Source of the DNA: an uncultured Bdellovibrionales bacterium
Lineage (GTDB): Bacteria > Bdellovibrionota > Bdellovibrionia > Bdellovibrionales > UBA1609
DNA length: 64,000 nt
Assembly: GCA_903833275.1 (NCBI GenBank)
Contig: CAILEP010000006.1
Location: 259,652 to 323,651 of the forward strand
Direction of reading: 5' to 3'
The position numbers and the translations under genes are program-made. The notes under the pieces were generated by a model. The model saw nothing but the letters and a program-made list of their open reading frames with translations. It was not told the origin of the DNA and did no database searches. Positions 46,164 through 55,041 of the stretch are shown here, in pieces. The stretch's first letter is position 1, and each line of letters starts with the position of its first letter.

Positions 46164-47836
46164 GAATTTTAGTTTTATCTCTTCTTAGATTGGGAGACAT
46201 TCTGCTTGCGGCCCCGGCCCTAGCTGGGCTGAGAGCAAAAAACCCCAAGGCTGAAATTCACATTGTGGTGAATCAGTCGTTTATCGCAGTTGCGTCTCTG
46301 TTGCCGATGGTCGACAAAGTGATTGGTTTTGACAGAGAGCTTTTGCAACAGGGCCTTGTTGAGGCCGATCGCGCGCTCTTTGAGCCATTCGATCGACTTC
46401 AATCTTTCGTTCAAGAGCTTAATTCAGCCAATTACGATCAGGTTATTAATCTAACCCAAAACCGATTTAGCGGATATTTAAGTGCACTCATTCATGCCGA
46501 AGATAAAGTTGGGATGTCTCTCAACAATAGAGGCCAGGCTAGCTTTGGCTCGACTTGGTTTCGTTATCTCAACAACATAGTGGGCGCGGGTGCTCGCACA
46601 ATTTTTCACTACTCAGATATTTTTCAATTCGGTGTTGGCATTTCAGTTGATAAGATGGCCGTAATCAAATTGAGCGAAACGGCGGCGGGCCGCGCCGAGT
46701 ACGAAGCCTGGCGGCGAGGGCACCCCTATACCAACGAAGCAAAAATTGTTTTGCAGTGTCAAACCAGCGATGACAAAAAGAATTGGCCCATTGAATCTTG
46801 GGTAAAAGCGCTTGAAGTGTTGGCATTGACTTATCCAAAAGCCGAATTGGTGGCTCTAGGCGCCCCATTTGAAAAAGCAAAAATAGACAAATTTGTCGAA
46901 GCGGCCGCAGCCAAGAAAGTACGAATTCTGCCGGCGTTCTTAAGTCTTGAGGGCGCACTAACGTTGATAAATGAGAGCGATTTGTTAGTGACTGGCGACA
47001 CAAGCATTAAACATTTAGCGGCGCTCTCGTCGACGCGAATAATCGAAATAGCACTTGGCAGCAGTGACCTTAGAAAAACGGGCGCCCTTAAGCCCGACTC
47101 AATTATTCTCTCATCGGCCGAGTCTTGCGCGCCGTGTTCGCACGAAGCGAAATGCTATCGTGATCGACACTACTGCGCAGAATCGCTAGCCCCAGAGTTG
47201 GTCGGGCTTGTGATTGGCCGCTATCTTCAAAAAGATTGGCAGGGGCTGCGACTTCTGGCTGACGAATACTCTGACACCTCTCGTATTCAACGATCGCGGC
47301 GTATGGTCAACGGCTTTTGGTACGCCGAAGACCTTCGTCAAGATCAGCTCAATCAACAAATTTCAGATAATCTTGATCGCGCCGCCTGGAAGTTTTTGCT
47401 CGAAAAAGAACATACGCGGCGCCTCGCCACTTACGGATCCGAAAGTATGAATCTCAAAAATTGGCTCGATAACTATCATTTAGTCGAAGATGGGTCGCGG
47501 CATCTTAAGATTTACCTCGAACAGATTGAGAATGCCACGTTGAGCAATGAAGAGCGCTTGAGCCGCTTGATCGACGACGTCACTCGACAGATGCGTACGG
47601 TCGGCACACTTTCTGAGTTAGATTTTATCGATCGATCAATGCTGAAAGAGATGGGCGAAATCGAAAAGGTTTTGGGTCTTGGTCATTACCTTACCGAAAA
47701 AACGCAAATTGAAAGAGACACCGGCCTGTTTCGAGCTCGACAGCTGCAGACCTCGCTAAATGAAGCCGCCCTCCACCAACAAATTAAACTTAAGTTAGTG
47801 AGAAGCCTAAAAAACATGATCCTGGAGTATCAATGA
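46160..47836 (+). CDS. glycosyltransferase family 9 (heptosyltransferase fold) with a helical C-terminal extension of about 215 aa
   Basis: MRILVLSLLRLGDILLAAPALAGLRAKNPKAEIHIVVN is a classic GT9 N-terminus. LVTGDTSIKHLAAL lies in the C-terminal Rossmann half. A Cys cluster CAPCSHEAKCYRDRHYC and then a coiled-coil-like tail follow. Confidence 0.8.
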   Translation: MRILVLSLLRLGDILLAAPALAGLRAKNPKAEIHIVVNQSFIAVASLLPMVDKVIGFDRELLQQGLVEADRALFEPFDRLQSFVQELNSANYDQVINLTQNRFSGYLSALIHAEDKVGMSLNNRGQASFGSTWFRYLNNIVGAGARTIFHYSDIFQFGVGISVDKMAVIKLSETAAGRAEYEAWRRGHPYTNEAKIVLQCQTSDDKKNWPIESWVKALEVLALTYPKAELVALGAPFEKAKIDKFVEAAAAKKVRILPAFLSLEGALTLINESDLLVTGDTSIKHLAALSSTRIIEIALGSSDLRKTGALKPDSIILSSAESCAPCSHEAKCYRDRHYCAESLAPELVGLVIGRYLQKDWQGLRLLADEYSDTSRIQRSRRMVNGFWYAEDLRQDQLNQQISDNLDRAAWKFLLEKEHTRRLATYGSESMNLKNWLDNYHLVEDGSRHLKIYLEQIENATLSNEERLSRLIDDVTRQMRTVGTLSELDFIDRSMLKEMGEIEKVLGLGHYLTEKTQIERDTGLFRARQLQTSLNEAALHQQIKLKLVRSLKNMILEYQ

Positions 47837-48021
47837 GCCGAGAAGAATTGGAGACCCACCTAAGTGAGTCCTTAGAAAAGTTAGAGGCGGCAACCGAGCG
47901 CATGGCGAAAACACAGGGCTATGTGGTTGCGGAAACAAAAAAGATGAGAATGCTGATCGAGCTTGTGAAGGAGCAACTGCGCAATGAACATACTTTGTCT
48001 TCAGCTAGCCCGGTTCGGTGA
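47833..48021 (+). CDS. small helical hypothetical protein (62 aa)
   Basis: The ATG overlaps the upstream stop (ATGA). The last 38 nt overlap the next GT9 gene in another frame. Helical, charged composition. Confidence 0.35.
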   Translation: MSREELETHLSESLEKLEAATERMAKTQGYVVAETKKMRMLIELVKEQLRNEHTLSSASPVR

Positions 48022-49459
48022 CGTCTACCAAACTTGGCCGGTGTTAAACGCCCTAAGGCGAACGCACCCGACGGCGAATATCCATCTTGTTGTGCGCGAA
48101 AGATTTTCGGGCGCGACGGTGGGCCTGTCTGCGGTAAATAAAATTGTAACACTTCCGACAGAATTTATCTTGCGGCCACTGATCTCGGGGCACGCTCGTG
48201 TTGAATCCTCACTTCAGAATCTGAATGCTTGGCTCAAAGAATTACAGGGCACTCGTTATGACCAAATTATTAATTTGTCGTTTTCGCCAGTTTCGAGTTA
48301 CCTCACAGATATTCTAGCGGGCCCCGAAACTGAGATCCGTGGATACTCGCGCTTTTCGGATGGCTTTCTCAATATCGTCGATGATGCCAGCAGCTATTTC
48401 TACGCGCAGGTGGGTATTGATAGAAGCAATCGCATACACCTTACCGATCTTTTTGGCCTCGTCGCGGGGGTTGAGCTTTGCGATGGCGATTTCGCGACTG
48501 AAGCGAGTTTATTGCCCGACGCCTTGGCGACCCAGTTGCCGAAGTGCGAATATGTAGTTGTGCACTTGGGCGCTAGCGACAAGAATAAAACCTGTTCGAT
48601 CGAAAAGTGGGGCGAAGTAATTGAGCGAGTGCTAGAGGTTTGGGCCGGTGCCGTTGTTTTGATTGGCTCTGCAGAAGACAACAGGGGGTCAGCGCGAATT
48701 TCAAATCGGGCTCGAGTTATTGATTTAACCGGGCAGACAAATCTAGCCGAACTTTTTTCGGTCATTCGTGGCGCAGCAGCACTTATCGGCGGGGACAGCG
48801 TCGCCCTTCATATAGGTTCGCTAACAAAAACCGCGACGCTCAATGTTTCTTTTGCGGCCGTTAGATTTTGGGAGACCGGCCCGCGCGCCAAAGGCAGCCG
48901 CGTTCTTTGGTTTGACGACCCGAGTGCGGCCGATGCGGCCCGCATCGCGCGAGAGTTAATTGCAATGTTGCAAAAGACTCGTACCGGGCATCCAATAATT
49001 TTAAAAGAAGAAGACTTTGGCGTTCTTTACTCGCTTGTCGGTTACGAAGAAGAAGATTTCGCATGGAGCTTGACTCGCGCGCTCTACATGTCGAGCGCCT
49101 TTCCGACGACAACTTCGTCTTCAACAATTTTGGCGTTTCAACGGCTCACTGAATTGGGTCAGCTTGGCGTTGAGCAAATTCGTTCGATTGAAAAAGGTAA
49201 AGACAATAAGTTGGCCACCAGTATTCTTGATCAAATCGACGATCTCGTCGAACAGGTCGGTAAGCTTTCAGAAGACGTTGCGCCGGCAGTACGGTGGTTT
49301 CGCGCTGAGAAAACGCGCATTGGCCCTGGTGAAATCGAGGGCATTCTACAGTCAACAGAAAGACTTTTTTCGAAGTTGCGTGATATTGGGCAACTTTATT
49401 CAATCAATCAGAAGCTGAACGATAATCTTAACCGAGAGAATCTGACATGGAAGTCATAA
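47984..49459 (+). CDS. glycosyltransferase family 9 (heptosyltransferase fold) with a helical C-terminal extension of about 160 aa
   Basis: MNILCLQLARFGDVYQTWPVLNALRRTHPTANIHLVVR GT9 N-terminus and LIGGDSVALHIGS motif. The tail shares blocks with the first GT9 tail (DFAWSL / AAWKFL; VEQIRSIE / LEQIENAT). Confidence 0.8.
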   Translation: MNILCLQLARFGDVYQTWPVLNALRRTHPTANIHLVVRERFSGATVGLSAVNKIVTLPTEFILRPLISGHARVESSLQNLNAWLKELQGTRYDQIINLSFSPVSSYLTDILAGPETEIRGYSRFSDGFLNIVDDASSYFYAQVGIDRSNRIHLTDLFGLVAGVELCDGDFATEASLLPDALATQLPKCEYVVVHLGASDKNKTCSIEKWGEVIERVLEVWAGAVVLIGSAEDNRGSARISNRARVIDLTGQTNLAELFSVIRGAAALIGGDSVALHIGSLTKTATLNVSFAAVRFWETGPRAKGSRVLWFDDPSAADAARIARELIAMLQKTRTGHPIILKEEDFGVLYSLVGYEEEDFAWSLTRALYMSSAFPTTTSSSTILAFQRLTELGQLGVEQIRSIEKGKDNKLATSILDQIDDLVEQVGKLSEDVAPAVRWFRAEKTRIGPGEIEGILQSTERLFSKLRDIGQLYSINQKLNDNLNRENLTWKS

Positions 49460-50055
49460 AAATTAGTAAGACGGCGATTGCCACGGATTTCACTCAATGC
49501 AATAGCCTAAAAGAAATAATTGCCAAGCTCGAAGACCAGCTCAGCCAAAAAGGCCGTGTTATTTGCCGAGTTCATGTCAACGGCATGCCCCTGACCGAAG
49601 ATGACGAGCAGAGATTTGCCGAATCGAAACTTGCAGAAATCTCAGATATCGAAGTTGAATCTGAAGAGATTGAGCATTTGGTTGCGAGTTCGATGAAGTC
49701 ATTGGTTTCGTTTATAGAAGAGTTAAAGGAAGACTGCGTTCAAACGGCAGAAAAAATTCGCGCCAGTAAATCACCAAAAAATGAAAATCTGGTGAGCGGT
49801 GTTTTTAAAAATGTTCAGTGGATTATTTCTGCCCTTCAGGCGCTGCGGCCGCAGCTAGACCCGGTTGCAGACGATTTTGCCGAGCGCTGGCTGACCAACG
49901 AAACCCACATGGTGCACACGGCTCGAGAATTGGCGGCGGCAGTCGATAGTGATGACTATATGCTGCTGGCGGATGTTTTAGAGTACGAACTCTATAACTC
50001 CCTAGACAAATGGCGAGAGACGTTGCGCCTCTACCCTACAGCCGCATTGACTTAG
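49447..50055 (+). CDS. hypothetical protein (202 aa)
   Basis: 13-nt overlap with the preceding gene. Acidic, helical, no recognisable family. Confidence 0.55.
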   Translation: MEVIKISKTAIATDFTQCNSLKEIIAKLEDQLSQKGRVICRVHVNGMPLTEDDEQRFAESKLAEISDIEVESEEIEHLVASSMKSLVSFIEELKEDCVQTAEKIRASKSPKNENLVSGVFKNVQWIISALQALRPQLDPVADDFAERWLTNETHMVHTARELAAAVDSDDYMLLADVLEYELYNSLDKWRETLRLYPTAALT

Positions 50056-50082
50056 AATTTAACTTCACGATACGAATGTAGA

Positions 50083-51951
50083 GTGAAAGATGAAACAGCC
50101 CAAGGGCTAAGCGCACTTATCAAAGGCAAAAAAGAAATTCTCTGGCTGGGCAGTGACGATATCAGGGTCACGGCCATGCTGGGGTCTGATAAAAACCGAG
50201 CTCGCTTTGCCACCATTAGTCAGTTTAAAAAACTAAAAATATCAGACGAAATATCGTTGGTGGTGGTGGTGCCGGGGCAGCTCGAGTTTGATAAGCGTGC
50301 CATTGAAAAATTGAAGAGAGTCGGTGCCAAGAAGATTCTCATTGTCTCGGATCACGCGCCGAAAGAGTCATTGGCCGAAGTGCTTGCGCAGGTTAGTTTT
50401 GCTAAGATTATTTTTGAAAACAATTTACGAGCAGAATTGAATTTGGCCATCGAAGAGACCAGGCGAGGGCAGGGCCCCGAAGAGAGCGACGCCTCAGTGC
50501 CGCGCACGAAGGCCATGGTTTCGTTTATCAAAAATTTGTCGGCGGCATTGACCATTCAAGAGGTTCTAAAAACTCTTCGTGAAGAGCTGCGTAATTTTCA
50601 GGCGGTAAAAGAGCCGCTTCTGGCTTTTGTAAACGCCCAAAACGAGTTGGCGGTGATGTTCTTTCAGGGGCATCAAATTTTAGAACGAAAAATTCAAGAG
50701 CCGTGGCCACAAAGGCCTCAGGTGCGGCTTAATGACCTCAAGGATAGTCAGTATTTAGCTAATATTTTCGGTCGTCCATTTGCAAAATTATTATCGATAC
50801 CGCTTCGGCTGCGGTATCTTTCGACAGAGCATAGTCTTAAAGTGGGTGCCGTTTTGTTTTTTGAGCACGGCCTAAGCGAAATTGAGGCCAATGATTTCTT
50901 ACAATCAATTGAAGAGCGTCTTGAGCCGTTGGGTTTAGCGCTTGATCGCCTTTTGGTCGAACAGTATTTGAAGGACGTGTCGCGCTTGTGGGAGCGTACC
51001 TTTGATGGCCTCAAAGACCCAGTGGCGATATTCGATGCTGACAGTCAGATTCTTCGCGCCAATCGCGCCTTTGCCGAGAACCTAATCGATGTTCGAAGTG
51101 CTGACCTGATGAGCGATAAATTACGGCACCGTGATCATGATTACGAAGTGCAGTCTTACCCAATTACGTTTGGGCTATCGGCGCGGCCGACCAATATCAT
51201 CAATCACTATGTTGATGTGACTATTTCGAATCGCCTCAAGAAGCAAATGATTCAAAACGAAAAGATGGCGGCCTTGGGCCATCTGGCCGGCAATATCGCG
51301 CACGAATTGAACAATCCACTGACGGGGGTCAGGTCTCTGGCTCAAATTCTAATCACTCAGGTTAAGCCGGGCACAACGCTCTCAAATGATTTGACAGAAG
51401 TCGAAAAGGCCTCAGAGCGTTGTCAGGAAGTCATTCAAAACCTGCTCGAGTTCTCGTCGGGTGGTTACGAAAAGCACCAACAGTATATTTCTCTGCGCGC
51501 TGTCGTGCAAAAGACTCTGCCTTTGATAAAAACACTCACCAGCCGTTTCGAAGTCAACTCCGACTTTTTTTCGGGTGACGATAAAGTCTTTGTCGAGCCT
51601 CGCCTGCTTCAGCACGTTGTTTTTAATTTGATAAAAAACGCTTGCGAGTCAATGGGCGATAAAGGTTTGCTCGATATTCGAACCAAAATTCAGGTAGAAA
51701 AAATGAATAACTACGCCGTCTTGTCGGTGCGCGACACCGGTGTTGGTATCGACCCCATTGTTCAGAAACAAATTTTCGATTTCTTCTATACAACGAAAAA
51801 AGAGGGTCAGGGCACGGGTTTAGGTTTGAGTATGAGTAAAACCATTGTTGAAAGATTTGGCGGCGTCATCAAGCTTGAGAGCGCAGTGGGGGCGGGCAGC
51901 GAGTTTCAGATCTGGTTGCCATTGGGTAACTCAGGCGAGCTGCCATCATGA
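50083..51951 (+). CDS. cytoplasmic sensor histidine kinase (unknown N-domain + PAS + HisKA + HATPase)
   Basis: H-box AALGHLAGNIAHELNNPLTG, N-box NLIKNACES, G-boxes RDTGVGI and GTGLGLS, and a PAS-like WERTFDGLKDPVAIFD. No TM segments seen. Confidence 0.85.
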   Translation: MKDETAQGLSALIKGKKEILWLGSDDIRVTAMLGSDKNRARFATISQFKKLKISDEISLVVVVPGQLEFDKRAIEKLKRVGAKKILIVSDHAPKESLAEVLAQVSFAKIIFENNLRAELNLAIEETRRGQGPEESDASVPRTKAMVSFIKNLSAALTIQEVLKTLREELRNFQAVKEPLLAFVNAQNELAVMFFQGHQILERKIQEPWPQRPQVRLNDLKDSQYLANIFGRPFAKLLSIPLRLRYLSTEHSLKVGAVLFFEHGLSEIEANDFLQSIEERLEPLGLALDRLLVEQYLKDVSRLWERTFDGLKDPVAIFDADSQILRANRAFAENLIDVRSADLMSDKLRHRDHDYEVQSYPITFGLSARPTNIINHYVDVTISNRLKKQMIQNEKMAALGHLAGNIAHELNNPLTGVRSLAQILITQVKPGTTLSNDLTEVEKASERCQEVIQNLLEFSSGGYEKHQQYISLRAVVQKTLPLIKTLTSRFEVNSDFFSGDDKVFVEPRLLQHVVFNLIKNACESMGDKGLLDIRTKIQVEKMNNYAVLSVRDTGVGIDPIVQKQIFDFFYTTKKEGQGTGLGLSMSKTIVERFGGVIKLESAVGAGSEFQIWLPLGNSGELPS

Positions 51952-52310
51952 GGGCTTTGATTGTTGACGATGAAGACTTGATCAGAACGTCATTAAAGCG
52001 CGTATTTGAAATGCGGCATCATGAAGTGTTTGTCGCTGAAAATGGCCAGCAAGGCCTCGAAATGTGGCAGGCGCATGACCCCGAATTGGTCATTTTGGAT
52101 ATGTTGATGCCTGGCCTAACCGGCGCCCAGGTTCTGAAGAAAATCGGCGCGCAAACCCGCTCAAAGGTCATCTTGATCTCCGCCTACACGGGCGAATATG
52201 ACGTAAAGAAGGCTTCGGAGCTTGGCGCGACGCTTTTTATCGCCAAACCGTTTCAAAATATTTTCGATGTTGTTGATCGCGCCGAGAAATTGGTCGAGAA
52301 TGGCAAGTAG
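51948..52310 (+). CDS. single-domain response regulator (CheY-like receiver)
   Basis: ALIVDDE, the phospho-acceptor context LVILDMLMPGLTG, and KPF. ATGA overlap with the kinase gene. Confidence 0.9.
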   Translation: MRALIVDDEDLIRTSLKRVFEMRHHEVFVAENGQQGLEMWQAHDPELVILDMLMPGLTGAQVLKKIGAQTRSKVILISAYTGEYDVKKASELGATLFIAKPFQNIFDVVDRAEKLVENGK

Positions 52311-52327
52311 TGAATTTTTGAGGTCAT

Positions 52328-52696
52328 ATGATCGACGATCCTTTGCCCATATCTTTAGACAGCGGGACAGAGAAAATCTCTGGCTTTATCGTTAAGATTA
52401 GCCAGACCGGTATGCTTGTTGAGTTAGAGAAGACTACATTCAAGATTGGCGCCTATTTTACCGCGACCTTTGAGTTTAAGCCAGGCCGCCCCCTTAATGA
52501 ACGAGTTCGCTCGATCAAGCACTACGATAAATTTTTTCGCAAAACTCCTAAAAAGAAATTAAAAGAAGGCGAAGCCGCACCCGTGCCGAAGCGCCTGGCC
52601 GAATTTCATTTTCATTTGCCAACTGAAAGAACAAAAACGCAAATCACAAAATTTCTACTGCGCGCTCAGCGTGATAGCGAAATCAGAAAGAGATGA
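52328..52696 (+). CDS. PilZ-like small protein (degenerate c-di-GMP motifs)
   Basis: ISGFIVKISQTGMLVELE resembles the PilZ (D/N)xSxxG strand context. No N-terminal RxxxR motif. Lys-rich C-terminal part. Confidence 0.4.
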   Translation: MIDDPLPISLDSGTEKISGFIVKISQTGMLVELEKTTFKIGAYFTATFEFKPGRPLNERVRSIKHYDKFFRKTPKKKLKEGEAAPVPKRLAEFHFHLPTERTKTQITKFLLRAQRDSEIRKR

Positions 52697-53271
52697 GAAT
52701 AATCTCGGGGCGCTTTAAGGGCCGAAACCTTGTTTCTTTTAAGGCCGACCATATTCGCCCGACCACAGATCGAGTTAAAGAAACTTTATTTAATATTCTT
52801 ATGCATGACGTGGCTGAGCAAAGAGTGCTCGATCTTTTTGCCGGCACGGGCAATCTTGGGCTAGAGGCTCTTTCGCGCGGAGCAAAGGATGTGACCTTTG
52901 TTGAGGCTCACCGCGATTCAATTAAAATAATTCGAGAAAATATTCGGCTTTTGAAGGTTGAAAAAGAGTGCGAAATTATCGCCAAGGACGTCTTTCGTTT
53001 TTTGAAAGACGACCGCGGCGGCCCCTACCATCTTATTTTTTGCGACCCACCCTTTACTGAAAAAATCGCCCATCCCACCATGGGCGCTTTGGCCAATAGC
53101 CCCTGCGTCGAGTACGGCTCGATTGCGGTGATCGAGAGCAGCCGCCACGAACGAATTGACGATGTATACGAATCTGATCGAAAAGGCGCATTTCAGCTCT
53201 TGGATCGGCGCCAATTTGGTGATAAATCTGCTTCGTTCTTCGTCTTCAAACCTAAGGAGCCACCCAAGTGA
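52693..53271 (+). CDS. rsmD: 16S rRNA (guanine966-N2)-methyltransferase
   Basis: MRIISGRFKGR, LDLFAGTGNLGLEALSRGA and FCDPPF motifs. Confidence 0.9.
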   Translation: MRIISGRFKGRNLVSFKADHIRPTTDRVKETLFNILMHDVAEQRVLDLFAGTGNLGLEALSRGAKDVTFVEAHRDSIKIIRENIRLLKVEKECEIIAKDVFRFLKDDRGGPYHLIFCDPPFTEKIAHPTMGALANSPCVEYGSIAVIESSRHERIDDVYESDRKGAFQLLDRRQFGDKSASFFVFKPKEPPK

Positions 53272-53777
53272 GCGCCGTGGTCTACCCGGGCAGCTTTGAC
53301 CCCGTTACAAAGGGTCATATCGACGTTATTGTGCGATTGAGCGCGATTTTTGATCGCGTTGTCGTTTTGGTTGCTGACTCGCCTCGCAAAAATTATCTTT
53401 TCTCGCATGACGAGCGCGTTGCGCTCATTCAGCAGGCGATAAAGCAGGTGAAGAAACGTTCAGGCAAGATCGAGGTCGTGAGCTCAAAGATGCTAACGGT
53501 TAATTTCGCGATTCAAAAAAAGATCGACGTTATTGCCAGAAGTGTTCGAACCGTTTCTGATTGGGAGTACGAGTACGCCATGGCCGATGCCAATAAAAAA
53601 TTAGCCCCCAAAATTGAGACCCTATTTATAATGGCAGACCCGACATTTGGTTTTATCTCTTCGTCTTTGGTGCGAGAAGTGGCCGCTTTTGAGGGCGACA
53701 CAACGCCATTTGTGCCGGGCAATGTTTCGCGAGCATTGAAAAATAAAAATTCTGTTAAAACACGAGGTAAGAAATGA
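53268..53777 (+). CDS. coaD: phosphopantetheine adenylyltransferase
   Basis: AVVYPGSFDPVTKGHIDVI and ISSSLVREV motifs. GTGA overlap with rsmD. Confidence 0.92.
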   Translation: MSAVVYPGSFDPVTKGHIDVIVRLSAIFDRVVVLVADSPRKNYLFSHDERVALIQQAIKQVKKRSGKIEVVSSKMLTVNFAIQKKIDVIARSVRTVSDWEYEYAMADANKKLAPKIETLFIMADPTFGFISSSLVREVAAFEGDTTPFVPGNVSRALKNKNSVKTRGKK

Positions 53778-54967
53778 TTTCCGAACGCGCAAAAAGTTTA
53801 AAGCCGTCACCAACACTGGCCTTGGCGGCTAAAGCCAAAGAACTTGCGGCCCTTGGGCATGATGTGATTTCGCTTTCAGTCGGCGAGCCCGACTGGGACA
53901 CTTTTGAGTGCGCGAAACGCGCCGGCATTGAGGCGATTCAAAAAGGGTTTTCAAAGTACACTCCAGCCAATGGGATTGTTGAATTAAGAAAAGCGATCGC
54001 CGCGCAAACGTCTAAAGATTTGGGATTAAACTTTACGCCCGACGAAGTGACGGTCTCGACGGGTGGTAAGTTCGTTATTTTTTCGGCACTCCAGATGGTG
54101 TTGGACCCAGGTGACGAGGTCATTATCCCTGCGCCTTATTGGGTGAGCTACCCCGTGATGGTTGAGCTTGCTGGCGGCAAAGCTAAAATTGCGGTCTGTG
54201 ACGAGACCGTCAATTTCAAGTTAACTCCTGAAATTTTGCGAAACAGTATTACGCCTAAAACAAAGGTTTTAATTCTTAACAGCCCAAGTAACCCGACGGG
54301 GTTGGCTTATACTCGCGAAGAACTGGCGGCATTGGCAAAAGTGCTCACTGACTTTCCGAAAGTTTTGATTTTGTCGGATGATATTTACAATCGATTATTC
54401 TTTGCGGCGCCCTTAGCGCCACATATTTTGCATGTGGCGCCTGAGTTGCGACCGCGCACGTTGGTCATGAACGGCGCCTCTAAAACTTACGCAATGACAG
54501 GCTGGCGAGTGGGCTGGGCCCTCGGGCCACTCGAATGGGTTAAGGCCATGTCGAATTATCAATCGCAATCTGTTAGCCAAGCCGCGACGATGTCGCAATG
54601 GGCGACAATCCGAGCCATTGAAGATGGTGCCTCTGAGTTGAGAACTTCGCTTGGTGAATTAAAAACTCGTCGCGATCGCGGTCTTGAAATGCTGCGGGCG
54701 ATACCGGGCATGAGTGTTTCGACGCCAGATGGGGCTTTCTATTTTTGGCCGAACGTTCGGGCCTTTCTTGGTCGCCAATTTCAGGGTGCCACTCTCAACA
54801 CCGCGAGCGATTTTTCAAATGCACTTCTTAATACGCAAAAGGTCGCTGTTGTGCCAGGCATCGAGTTTGGTCTCGAGGGTTATGTTCGCCTGAGCTTTGC
54901 GCTCAAAGAGCAACGGATGGCCCAGGCATTTGAGCGCATCAGATTATTTGTAAGCCAGATCACCTAA
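53774..54967 (+). CDS. PLP-dependent aminotransferase class I (aspartate aminotransferase-like)
   Basis: SVGEPD, LNSPSNPTG, SKTYAMTGWRVGW (PLP Lys) and VRLSFA motifs. Confidence 0.9.
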   Translation: MISERAKSLKPSPTLALAAKAKELAALGHDVISLSVGEPDWDTFECAKRAGIEAIQKGFSKYTPANGIVELRKAIAAQTSKDLGLNFTPDEVTVSTGGKFVIFSALQMVLDPGDEVIIPAPYWVSYPVMVELAGGKAKIAVCDETVNFKLTPEILRNSITPKTKVLILNSPSNPTGLAYTREELAALAKVLTDFPKVLILSDDIYNRLFFAAPLAPHILHVAPELRPRTLVMNGASKTYAMTGWRVGWALGPLEWVKAMSNYQSQSVSQAATMSQWATIRAIEDGASELRTSLGELKTRRDRGLEMLRAIPGMSVSTPDGAFYFWPNVRAFLGRQFQGATLNTASDFSNALLNTQKVAVVPGIEFGLEGYVRLSFALKEQRMAQAFERIRLFVSQIT

Positions 54968-55041
54968 GTTTCGCAAGACGTTGGTCGCGGTCGCACAGGT
55001 CTGCATTGTCTGAAGTGCGCATCGCAGCGTAGACTTAGAGT

